Positions 55,926 through 64,000 of a stretch of DNA of 64,000 nt are shown piece by piece. Each line of letters starts with the position of its first letter. Within the stretch, counting starts at the first letter, position 1. The stretch comes from a bacterium. Lineage in GTDB: Bacteria > Electryoneota > JAOADG01. The notes under the pieces were generated by a model, which was not told the DNA's origin, did not search any database, and saw nothing but the letters and a program-made list of their open reading frames with translations. The translations under genes and the position numbers were made by a program. The stretch lies in the NCBI GenBank assembly GCA_963681965.1, contig OY820579.1:1408001-1472000 (forward strand). The letters run 5' to 3'.

Positions 55926-57134
55926 CTCTATCGAGCTGATCAAAAAGTATCAGGAAAAATGAGCACACAAATCGGAACTGGAGTGACATCGAAAAAGCCC
56001 CGTCGGGATGCCGTGGGGTTACCACTGTTTGCTGCAACGCGTCCGTCGCGAGTAGGCAACAGTACATGTCAACTACTCCCGATCGGATCGAAAAAGACCG
56101 GTAAACTGGTTGCAAACTCACCTATCCCACAAAATTCGATGGCAACATTCACAAAGCTGTTATCGGATAAATCGCGCGAAGTGACTCCACATGGACGCGA
56201 TAAAAATATTGCGAACATTCAACTTACATCCGAAAATCGAGCAGATATTCCGAATTCTTTTATCGATCCGTTGCAGAAAAAGCTGCAGGTGCCAGTAGAA
56301 AAAGTTGCCGCTCGACTTGAAGTTTCCGATCCACTCGGTCTACTTGGACAGACAAAACACCTTCAGAAGAAGATGCCATCGATCCTTCAATCTGAAACTT
56401 CTCAATCATTTACACTGGATAACTCGAAATCGCAATTCAATAAACTGCTAGATGAAGCCGGTACTCGAAGAGTGAATCGGAAATCAGATGCGGAGGATGC
56501 GTCAGTTGATGTAACTCGATCAAAAGCGACTCCTCCGAAAGAAAAGTTCGCTGAAACTCCAATATCGATGTCAACTCAACGAGCACCTGTCAATGAAACC
56601 AATACGTCGATCTCGCCATTGATCCACACCAATCGAAATTCGGCGAATTTACATTCGACCAAAACCGAAACCACATCGAAATCTTCTGCTCCGAATACCC
56701 CCCCTGTCAATTTCTCCGACCTCTTGGTAAAATTGGGAGCGGAACTGAAGCAACGGATGGTTAATGGCGATCGCACGTTGGACGTCATGATCGCTACTCC
56801 CATGCTCGGCAAACTGAAAATCGAACTCGTCGAGCAAGAGGGTAAAATGCAGGCGACGTTTATTGCCGAATCGCCTGCGTTACGCGATCAATTATTGCGA
56901 GATCGCGACCGTTTACAATCGCTGTTACCGGTAATCGATGGAAAAACGGCTGAAGTATTTGTCTCGACCGACCCCTCGTCGCAACAATCTGCACAATATC
57001 AGTCCACCTCTCGTGAAAGTCACGAAACAACTTCGAATCATTTCTCCGATATGGCACGAAATTTGAACCATTTTGAGCCGGTAGCAGAGCGTCGCGTCCT
57101 TTCGCCGAATGCTACCCGTGAATGGATTGGATAA
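55920..57134 (+). CDS. fliK: flagellar hook-length control protein FliK
   Basis: Low-complexity N-terminus, PMLGKLKIEL...MQATFIAES T3S4 domain, position before flgD; true start probably ~55960. Confidence 0.75.
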   Translation: MALYRADQKVSGKMSTQIGTGVTSKKPRRDAVGLPLFAATRPSRVGNSTCQLLPIGSKKTGKLVANSPIPQNSMATFTKLLSDKSREVTPHGRDKNIANIQLTSENRADIPNSFIDPLQKKLQVPVEKVAARLEVSDPLGLLGQTKHLQKKMPSILQSETSQSFTLDNSKSQFNKLLDEAGTRRVNRKSDAEDASVDVTRSKATPPKEKFAETPISMSTQRAPVNETNTSISPLIHTNRNSANLHSTKTETTSKSSAPNTPPVNFSDLLVKLGAELKQRMVNGDRTLDVMIATPMLGKLKIELVEQEGKMQATFIAESPALRDQLLRDRDRLQSLLPVIDGKTAEVFVSTDPSSQQSAQYQSTSRESHETTSNHFSDMARNLNHFEPVAERRVLSPNATREWIG

Positions 57135-57218
57135 TTCGTCACCAACTCAACACCAGAATCAACTATTTGAAGTAATTGTCTTTTCAAACTGGTTTCCGTT
57201 GGTGTAATCGGAGGATTT

Positions 57219-57938
57219 ATGGAAACATCTCAAATTAGTTCGACCTCTCCTCCAGTATCGTTGCTTCAGAGAACGTCAAGTTCCACGTTGGGAAAAGACG
57301 ATTTTCTGAAATTGTTAATGACGCAAATGTCGCATCAGGATCCGCTATCGCCGATGGATAGCAACGAAATGATGTCGCAAATGTCGCAACTAGGTCAGGT
57401 GGAACAACTCACAAATCTCAATACGGCAATTCAACAATCATTGCAGAATGATGCCGTCTATCAACAATCGTTGCAGAACCAGCTAGCTGCTAACATGATT
57501 GGAAAACGCGTTCGCGGTACTGGCGATACGATCAAGGTCGAAGCGGAAGCAACCCAATCGTTGGGATACCGGTTCGAGAGTACGATTTCGAGTGGGAACG
57601 TTGAAATTTACGATTCCAATGGAAAATTGGTCAGAACCTTGGCATTATCGACCCAAGCTAGTGGCGATCACACCATTTCGTGGGATGGTAAAGACGAAAG
57701 CGGAGTGGCAGTAACTGCGGGAACCTATACAGTCAAAGTAACCGGAACCGATGCCAATGGCGATAGCGTTTCCGGAACACCCTCCAACTGGTACCGGATT
57801 GACGGTGTTACTTATCGAAACGGCACTGCTTATCTCACCAGCGGTACGAAAGAAATTGCATTTGCCGATATCCGCGAAATCAAAGAAGCATCCACAACAT
57901 TGCTGAAGCAACTCGGATTGGCAGGGCTATCGAAATGA
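57219..57938 (+). CDS. flgD: flagellar hook capping protein FlgD
   Basis: LGKDDFLKLLMTQMSHQDPLSPMD, WDGKD. Confidence 0.95.
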   Translation: METSQISSTSPPVSLLQRTSSSTLGKDDFLKLLMTQMSHQDPLSPMDSNEMMSQMSQLGQVEQLTNLNTAIQQSLQNDAVYQQSLQNQLAANMIGKRVRGTGDTIKVEAEATQSLGYRFESTISSGNVEIYDSNGKLVRTLALSTQASGDHTISWDGKDESGVAVTAGTYTVKVTGTDANGDSVSGTPSNWYRIDGVTYRNGTAYLTSGTKEIAFADIREIKEASTTLLKQLGLAGLSK

Positions 57939-58375
57939 TCGCTCCTATCGATGCTCTCCGTGCTGTCGATCGCTATCAACAATCGGTTTCGGCAATCGAT
58001 GGCGGTATCCGAACCCGCCAACTCGATCCGGCAACGATTCATCGCAATAAACCACAACCCCCACCGGTTGCTGGCGAATCATTTTCCGAAGTACTGCGTA
58101 AACGGGTCGACCTCGATAATCGACCAGTTGAATTCAGTCGTCATGCGATCGATCGCATTGCCGAGCGCGCAATTCCATTTGGGACACAGCAGCTTCAACG
58201 ATTGTCGGAAGGAATTGATCGTGCACAGGCAAAAGGGTCGCAGACTGCTGCAGTGATGGTCGACGATGTTGCGATGGTGGTGGCGGTTAACAATCGAACA
58301 GTCATTACGGCTGTACCAGTGAACCAATTGAAAGAAGGGGTTTTGACCCAGATCGATTCGGTTCTGTTCGTGTAA
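57935..58375 (+). CDS. flagellar operon protein (TIGR02530-type)
   Basis: FSRHAIDRI...KGS...NRTVITA...TQIDS; between flgD and flgE. Confidence 0.85.
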   Translation: MIAPIDALRAVDRYQQSVSAIDGGIRTRQLDPATIHRNKPQPPPVAGESFSEVLRKRVDLDNRPVEFSRHAIDRIAERAIPFGTQQLQRLSEGIDRAQAKGSQTAAVMVDDVAMVVAVNNRTVITAVPVNQLKEGVLTQIDSVLFV

Positions 58376-58488
58376 TTTTTACGAAATCTAATTGGAAAAT
58401 TTAGCGACTTGGAAGTAGGCTGGACCTCAGGGGAGCCGAACCGGTGGATCGACTGAAGCCGGTAGGAGTCGCGAAAGGAGAAGTCATT

Positions 58489-60411
58489 ATGATGCGTAGT
58501 CTGTTTGCTGCAATGAGTGGTTTGCAAGCTCACCAAACAATGGTGGATGTCACTTCGAACAATATCGCCAATGCGAATACCCACGGATACAAGCAGAGTC
58601 GAGTGTCGTTTGCCGATCAACTCTCGCAGAATATTTTTGGCGGCAGTCGACCGACCGAAAATCTCGGTGGAATCAATGGAGTACAAGTAGGACTTGGCGT
58701 ACGAGTCAATTCGATCGATCAGATCATGTCCCAGGGAAGCTTGGAGCAAACGGGAAATACGTTGGATCTGGCGGTTTCCGGTGACGGTTTCTTTGTCGTA
58801 TCGGATGGCGCGAAAAATTACTATACCCGGAACGGCGCATTCGGTATGGACGGCGACGGCTTTATAACCCTGCAAGGTTCAGCGTATCGCGTAATGGGTC
58901 GGATGGCAAGCGAAGATGGAACGATTACCGGCACGGAATCTACCGGCGCACTTAAACTCCCGCTACAGATGAAGATTGCTGCGAAGGCAACATCGAGTAT
59001 CGACTTTGCCTGTAACCTTGATGCCGATGCCACGAATTCAATTGCGACACTAGGTAGTGCAGGAACAACCGGGTTGTCGCAAGTCAGCGGTACTGCTGTT
59101 GACGGTGCCGGTGGAACGCATGCCCTTTCGATCACCGGAGCCAATGCTACTCGTGATTCGCTCACTTCTACGCAAACCACGTTGACTACCGATACAATTT
59201 TAAGTAGTCTAGGTGTATCCGGTGCTTCGTTTACAATTACAGTAGATGGCGGTACGGCGCAAACGATAACTGGACTATCGAGTGGATCATCGATCGGCGA
59301 TTTGATCAATGCAATCAATACTCAAGTTCCCGGTGCAGTAGCACAATTGGTCACTTCAGGATCGCCGGCCACTACTAGCTTGGTGGTCGAACGGAAGACT
59401 TACGGGGATCATGCGACGCACAATCTCGAATTTGCCGATGTGGCTGGTGGCACCAATAATATCGTTGGTGTGTTGTTTGGAACGAATACTGTCACATCTG
59501 GTGGCACGAATTCGACTTTGTCTGCGTTGGATACATTTACCGCCACCGGTTCGACGACCCCGTCGTATACCGATCGTGCTCTGACTCTATCCAGAAATTC
59601 CGATGGATTAGTGATTGGAATCGATGGTCTTGGAAATGGTGGAGTTACGATGACTGCCGCGAACGGTCTCGCGAGCGGCACCGCTTCTATCACTACTACC
59701 GATACTAGCCACTCGACTTCGATGGTGGTCTACGATTCACTTGGTGTCGGGCACAATTTAAACGTAACCTTTAGTAAGAGCGGAAATGCCAATGAATGGC
59801 GTTGGGCGGCAACGCTTCCGTCGGAATCGAGTGCGACACTTGCAGGAAATACCGGAACGATTAAATTCAATTTGGATGGATCGTTAAATTCATTCAATTA
59901 CGACGGTGGTGCGAGTGGGGTATCGCTGCAAGCCAGTAACGGTACCGAAGCGTTGAATATCAATTTGAATGCCGGTTTAATCGGTTCGCTCAAAGGGATT
60001 ACTCAAACCAGTGCCGCATTTAGCACGGCCGCCGTCAGTCAAAACGGGTATGCTTCCGGTAAACTCGATGGTATTAGTGTTGACAATTCGGGTAAAATTA
60101 TCGGTTCATTTACTAACGGTTTGAATCGAACACTCGCCGAGGTCGATTTGGCAACTTTCAGTAATGCCCAGGGATTGACCAAAACTGGTGGAAACCTGTT
60201 CGAAGTATCGGCAAATTCCGGCGACCCGAAAATCGGTGCCGCGACCACCAATAATAGTCAAATATATTCGGGATATCTGGAATTGTCGAATGTCGACCTG
60301 ACGAAAGAATTCACCAATCTGATTATCGGACAGCGCGGTTTCTCGGCAAATAGCCGTGCAGTGCAAAGTGCCGATCAGATGTTGATGGAAGTTCTGCAGA
60401 TTAAGCGGTAA
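58489..60411 (+). CDS. flgE: flagellar hook protein FlgE
   Basis: MMRSLFAAMSGL, NNIANANTHGYK, YTRNGAF, LELSNVDLTKEF; SD AAGGAG. Confidence 0.93.
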   Translation: MMRSLFAAMSGLQAHQTMVDVTSNNIANANTHGYKQSRVSFADQLSQNIFGGSRPTENLGGINGVQVGLGVRVNSIDQIMSQGSLEQTGNTLDLAVSGDGFFVVSDGAKNYYTRNGAFGMDGDGFITLQGSAYRVMGRMASEDGTITGTESTGALKLPLQMKIAAKATSSIDFACNLDADATNSIATLGSAGTTGLSQVSGTAVDGAGGTHALSITGANATRDSLTSTQTTLTTDTILSSLGVSGASFTITVDGGTAQTITGLSSGSSIGDLINAINTQVPGAVAQLVTSGSPATTSLVVERKTYGDHATHNLEFADVAGGTNNIVGVLFGTNTVTSGGTNSTLSALDTFTATGSTTPSYTDRALTLSRNSDGLVIGIDGLGNGGVTMTAANGLASGTASITTTDTSHSTSMVVYDSLGVGHNLNVTFSKSGNANEWRWAATLPSESSATLAGNTGTIKFNLDGSLNSFNYDGGASGVSLQASNGTEALNINLNAGLIGSLKGITQTSAAFSTAAVSQNGYASGKLDGISVDNSGKIIGSFTNGLNRTLAEVDLATFSNAQGLTKTGGNLFEVSANSGDPKIGAATTNNSQIYSGYLELSNVDLTKEFTNLIIGQRGFSANSRAVQSADQMLMEVLQIKR

Positions 60412-60423
60412 TTGAATTAACCT

Positions 60424-60445
60424 TCCCCCCGCCATGGCGGGGGGA
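60424..60445. repeat. perfect 22-bp GC-rich palindrome after flgE
   Basis: TCCCCCCGCCATGGCGGGGGGA. Confidence 0.7.
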
Positions 60446-60461
60446 TTCAAAGGGTACGCAG

Positions 60462-60953
60462 ATGGCGGAACCAAAACGCGAACGCGCGAACAAGAAAAAA
60501 CGAATACTCTTCTTTGTTACGATTATCTCGATGATTCTGATCGGAATGGGATCGTTTCAGTTTATCGGATGCAGCAAATCGTCCAGTAAAACCGAGACGA
60601 AGAAGACCGAAGAGAAAACCGAGGGGAAGACCGAAGAAGGGGGTGGCGAAGTTGGTGAAATCGTTACCATCAATGAACTGGTCGTGAATCCGAAGAATAC
60701 CCGCGGCACCAGATTTTTCGTTGCTTCGATCGGAATCATGTGCGGTACGAAACCGCAAGCCGACGAAGTGAAGAAAAAAGAGCCGTTGATTCGCGACCGA
60801 TTGATTCTGTTCTTCTCGTTGCAGACGTTGGAAGTATTGTCGGATATCAGCCGACGTGAGCAAATCAAAGCTTACGTGAAAGCGATTATCGATCGTGAGA
60901 TTACGACGGGACCGGTTAAAGAAGTCCTCTTCTCGAGATACATCGTTCAATAG
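60462..60953 (+). CDS. fliL: flagellar basal body-associated protein FliL
   Basis: Single N-terminal TM, LVVNP, IRDRLI, VLFSRYIVQ. Confidence 0.88.
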   Translation: MAEPKRERANKKKRILFFVTIISMILIGMGSFQFIGCSKSSSKTETKKTEEKTEGKTEEGGGEVGEIVTINELVVNPKNTRGTRFFVASIGIMCGTKPQADEVKKKEPLIRDRLILFFSLQTLEVLSDISRREQIKAYVKAIIDREITTGPVKEVLFSRYIVQ

Positions 60954-60962
60954 GGTTACACC

Positions 60963-61952
60963 ATGAACAAAATACTCTCACAAGAGGAAATCGATGCCTT
61001 GCTGCAGAACGTCAGCAAGGGCAAATCGATTGATATCGCTACCAAAATCGAACGAAAGGTCGCTCTATACGATTTTAAACACCCCGATCGTATTAGCAAG
61101 GAGCAAACCCGGTCGCTGCGCGGCATTCACGACAGTTTTGCGCGACTGTTTGCGACCTACCTTTCAACGACTCTTCGAACTTTGGTCGATGTCAATATGT
61201 TATCGATCGATCAGGTGACTTACAGCGAATATACGATGTCGCTTACCGTACCAAGTTCGTTGTTCATTCTCAATCTAAAAAATATCGACGGGAAAGCACT
61301 GCTCGAAATCAGCCCCCAGTTCCTATTGTTTGTTGTGGATCGATTGTTAGGGGGACAGGGCGACACCGATGTCGAAATTCGCGAAATTACCGCGATCGAA
61401 CAGACGGTATGCCGGAAAGTTATCAATTCATCCATATCGATGTTGAATGATGTTTGGCATCAAATCGTCGATTTGGGTGCCGACTTTGAAACATTTGAAA
61501 GCGATCCACAGTTTGTTCAAATAGCGCGCGGTTCGGAAACCATTGCGATTGTCTTTTTTGAAATTCGGATGCGTGGAACCACGTACACCATGAATTTCGG
61601 TTATCCGTATTACGTACTGGAACCGCTGCTCCAACGACTATCGACCCAAACCATGATTCAATCGGGGAAACGGCGACCGACCGAAGAAGACATGGTGTCG
61701 ATCCATACGCGTGTAAAGGCGTCGAAAGTGCCAATTACCGCCCAACTGGCACGGACCTCGATTTCAATTCGCGATTTTATCGATTTTAAAGTCGGGGATA
61801 TACTTCAATTGGAGCAACCAATTCAAGGCGAAATGCCGGTGCTTGTCAGCGGTAGACTGAAATTTTTCTCCGTACCGGGAACGCTGGGACGCAAGCGTGC
61901 CATTCGAATTACTCGCTTCCTGGAAGCGGACGAGGAGTTGATCTATGAGTGA
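60963..61952 (+). CDS. fliM: flagellar motor switch protein FliM
   Basis: ILSQEEIDALL, YDFKHPDR, VDRLLGG. Confidence 0.96.
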   Translation: MNKILSQEEIDALLQNVSKGKSIDIATKIERKVALYDFKHPDRISKEQTRSLRGIHDSFARLFATYLSTTLRTLVDVNMLSIDQVTYSEYTMSLTVPSSLFILNLKNIDGKALLEISPQFLLFVVDRLLGGQGDTDVEIREITAIEQTVCRKVINSSISMLNDVWHQIVDLGADFETFESDPQFVQIARGSETIAIVFFEIRMRGTTYTMNFGYPYYVLEPLLQRLSTQTMIQSGKRRPTEEDMVSIHTRVKASKVPITAQLARTSISIRDFIDFKVGDILQLEQPIQGEMPVLVSGRLKFFSVPGTLGRKRAIRITRFLEADEELIYE

Positions 61953-62871
61953 AATGACTAGCAAAACCATCCGACAGATTTCCGACACAGTCGGACAAAA
62001 AATCGGGGAAGTTTTTGGTGCGATTCTGGGAAAGAACGTCAAAGTTTCCACTGGCGAGATACAAAAAGTTTCTGCCAATATTATGGATATTGAGTATTCC
62101 AGTGGTTTGGTCACAGCCAGTGTCGAAGGGGATCAAATACCCGGTTCACTCACATTCTGGTTTACTCCCGAAGCCGCGGCGGCAATTGTTGATTTGATGG
62201 TGATGGGAGACGGTACCGCGCCGTTTCGACCGGAAGAGCATTTGGATGGAGTCTCTGAAGCAATTCATCAAGTGGTTGAGTCGTTGGCACTGGATTGGCG
62301 TAATGAAGGATTCCCCGTTTCGTTCAAATCAGTCGTATCGAATGTGCACGACGATCCCAAGAGTTATAGTACAAATTTCACCGGTCAACCGATTATTCGG
62401 CTGGAAATCGAAATCGATACTTTTGGAGAAGCCGGAATTTGGTTGCTAATTGACCCACAACTTGCGATGTTATTAGTACCGCCAACTGTCAGTGACTCTC
62501 GCGGCGCACAAGCATCGGCAGGAGGCGTTGCCAAGCAAGCTCCAGCGGTGAATGTCCGACCCGCGGTATTCGCGCCGTTCGACGGTTCAGCCGGCAATGA
62601 AGCCGAACCTCGAAATCTCGATTTATTACTGGATGTATCACTTCCGGTTACGATCGAATTAGGTCGCACATCAATGTTAATTCGAGATGTACTTGATCTA
62701 GGTCCCGGATCCGTCGTTGAATTAGACAAATTATCAGGCGAACCGGTGGATTTATATGTAAATGATCGTAAATTTGCTCGGGGAGAAGTTGTGGTGGTCG
62801 ATGAGTATTTCGGAGTTCGAATTACCGAGTTGATGCATATTGAAGACCGGTTGAAGTCATTGCGAGGATAA
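61945..62871 (+). CDS. fliN: flagellar motor switch protein FliN with N-terminal CheC-like/FliY-type domain
   Basis: C-terminal LLLDVSLPVTIELG...GEVVVVDEYFGVRIT SPOA domain. Confidence 0.88.
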   Translation: MSEMTSKTIRQISDTVGQKIGEVFGAILGKNVKVSTGEIQKVSANIMDIEYSSGLVTASVEGDQIPGSLTFWFTPEAAAAIVDLMVMGDGTAPFRPEEHLDGVSEAIHQVVESLALDWRNEGFPVSFKSVVSNVHDDPKSYSTNFTGQPIIRLEIEIDTFGEAGIWLLIDPQLAMLLVPPTVSDSRGAQASAGGVAKQAPAVNVRPAVFAPFDGSAGNEAEPRNLDLLLDVSLPVTIELGRTSMLIRDVLDLGPGSVVELDKLSGEPVDLYVNDRKFARGEVVVVDEYFGVRITELMHIEDRLKSLRG

Positions 62872-62887
62872 ACGCTAGAAGGAACAA

Positions 62888-63295
62888 ATGCTCGATACTA
62901 ATTTGGTCGTAGATACTGCGCGTGTCCTTTCGCAACCGTATTACCCAACATCGGTATCTCCGGACTTATCAGTTGGGTACACAATTCTTAGAATGACGGT
63001 CGGAATGGCGATCGTCATTGCCGTTTTATGGATTGTGTCGGTTACTTTGAAACGAACCAAGAATTTTGGGCAAGCGGGAAAAAATGTTTCGGTGATCGAA
63101 TACCGTTCTTTGGGAGGCAAGCGATCTGTTGCGCTGGTCAGGGCATTGGATAAAATTGTACTTCTAGGTATAACCGATCAGGAAGTAACGAAACTATCGG
63201 AATGGGACGATGCCGATCGGTTCAAGGAACAGATCGATCCTCAACCGGTAGAATCTTCGTTTGAAAAAATCTTATTTCGAAAACGTCAATCATGA
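62888..63295 (+). CDS. fliO: flagellar biosynthesis protein FliO
   Basis: Single TM, SLGGKRSVALV...LLGIT. Confidence 0.82.
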   Translation: MLDTNLVVDTARVLSQPYYPTSVSPDLSVGYTILRMTVGMAIVIAVLWIVSVTLKRTKNFGQAGKNVSVIEYRSLGGKRSVALVRALDKIVLLGITDQEVTKLSEWDDADRFKEQIDPQPVESSFEKILFRKRQS

Positions 63296-64000
63296 ACGAA
63301 ACCGACCGAGCAGCAATCGCGCAACCATTTATCGAAGTATCCAACGATGGTATGCAGGCAACTCTTCGTATCCCGAAATTAGGTTTTCAGGTGACCGATA
63401 AGCATGTGCGAACTGCACTATCCGATGCCGGTGTGACGTTCGGTATTAATGAAGTAATTGTGAATTGGGTAACTCGATCTCCGGCTATGACCCTCGAGAT
63501 TATTGTTGCCAATGGAATACCACCCAAATCCGGACGGAATGGGTGGATTGAATACAAATTCAATCCTGAATTGGCGACAGAATTCGGTCGACCGGACCAA
63601 TTGCATCAATATTCTTTTCAGAATATTGAAGCGGGCACCCTGTTGGCTATTCATCATAACCCTGTTCCCGGTGAAGCAGGCAAGACTGTTCGTGGAAATC
63701 GAGTAGAACCGGCGCCGATCAAGGATATTGCGATATCAGCCGGTGAAAATACCAATTTCCGAAATTCCGATAACAACGAATTGCTCGCAAATAAAGCGGG
63801 TTGTACCCAAATCGACGATCTAGGGAAGATTTCAGTATTGGATCACATCTCGTTGATGCGCGATGTCGACAACAGTGTTGGAGATATCGAGTATTTTGGC
63901 GATCTCTATATTCGCGGTGATGTCAAATCGGGATTCTCGATTAAAACCCGAGGAAAACTCCATGTTGCCGGTACGATCGAAGATGCCAATATCGAAGCAA
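63292..64000 (+). CDS. FapA/DUF342 family flagellar assembly protein (truncated by window edge)
   Basis: Manual translation: VSNDGMQA, GVTFGI, VANGIPPKSG, PVPGEAGKTVRG, DVDNSVGDI...IRGDVKSGF. Confidence 0.85.
   Translation, partial: MNETDRAAIAQPFIEVSNDGMQATLRIPKLGFQVTDKHVRTALSDAGVTFGINEVIVNWVTRSPAMTLEIIVANGIPPKSGRNGWIEYKFNPELATEFGRPDQLHQYSFQNIEAGTLLAIHHNPVPGEAGKTVRGNRVEPAPIKDIAISAGENTNFRNSDNNELLANKAGCTQIDDLGKISVLDHISLMRDVDNSVGDIEYFGDLYIRGDVKSGFSIKTRGKLHVAGTIEDANIEA

Overview
Bacterial chromosomal window of moderate GC, most likely from a flagellated non-Bacteroidetes member of the FCB superphylum. This placement is inferred from T9SS-type 'PNPFN' C-terminal domains, a group II GGGP synthase, TonB receptor/porin genes and a sigma54-driven flagellar operon. 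Bases 1-11 kb and 19.9-45.4 kb hold mostly housekeeping and metabolic genes: GGGPS, hmgA, pduO-type adenosyltransferase, dedA, M1 peptidase, iorAB, TRAP-type permease/deacylase, K+-independent hppA, panD, rpmH-rnpA. Bases 45.5-64 kb hold a two-component system plus a flagellar cluster (flgB to fliO, then a truncated FapA). The best candidate for an undescribed system is at 11255-15878. Five tandem paralogous exported proteins (four with lipobox-like Cys) share a gap-free 34-aa pre-signal leader (P-x-x-x-Y-x-x-P-x-Y/F-P...P-x-x-W). They are translationally coupled to a radical SAM/SPASM enzyme, suggesting RiPP-like maturation of folded lipoproteins. Other highlights: (1) a GIY-YIG nuclease sitting inside an array of its own TGTC-headed palindromes, with empty 186-bp copies beside it; (2) two palindrome families inserted in-frame five times into one secreted-protein gene; (3) a type IIG/ISP-like R-M gene with an AT-rich swapped specificity region, followed in-frame by an orphan T9SS sorting domain; (4) a small HEPN/Schlafen/HicAB defence islet. 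No rRNA, tRNA or CRISPR array was seen.
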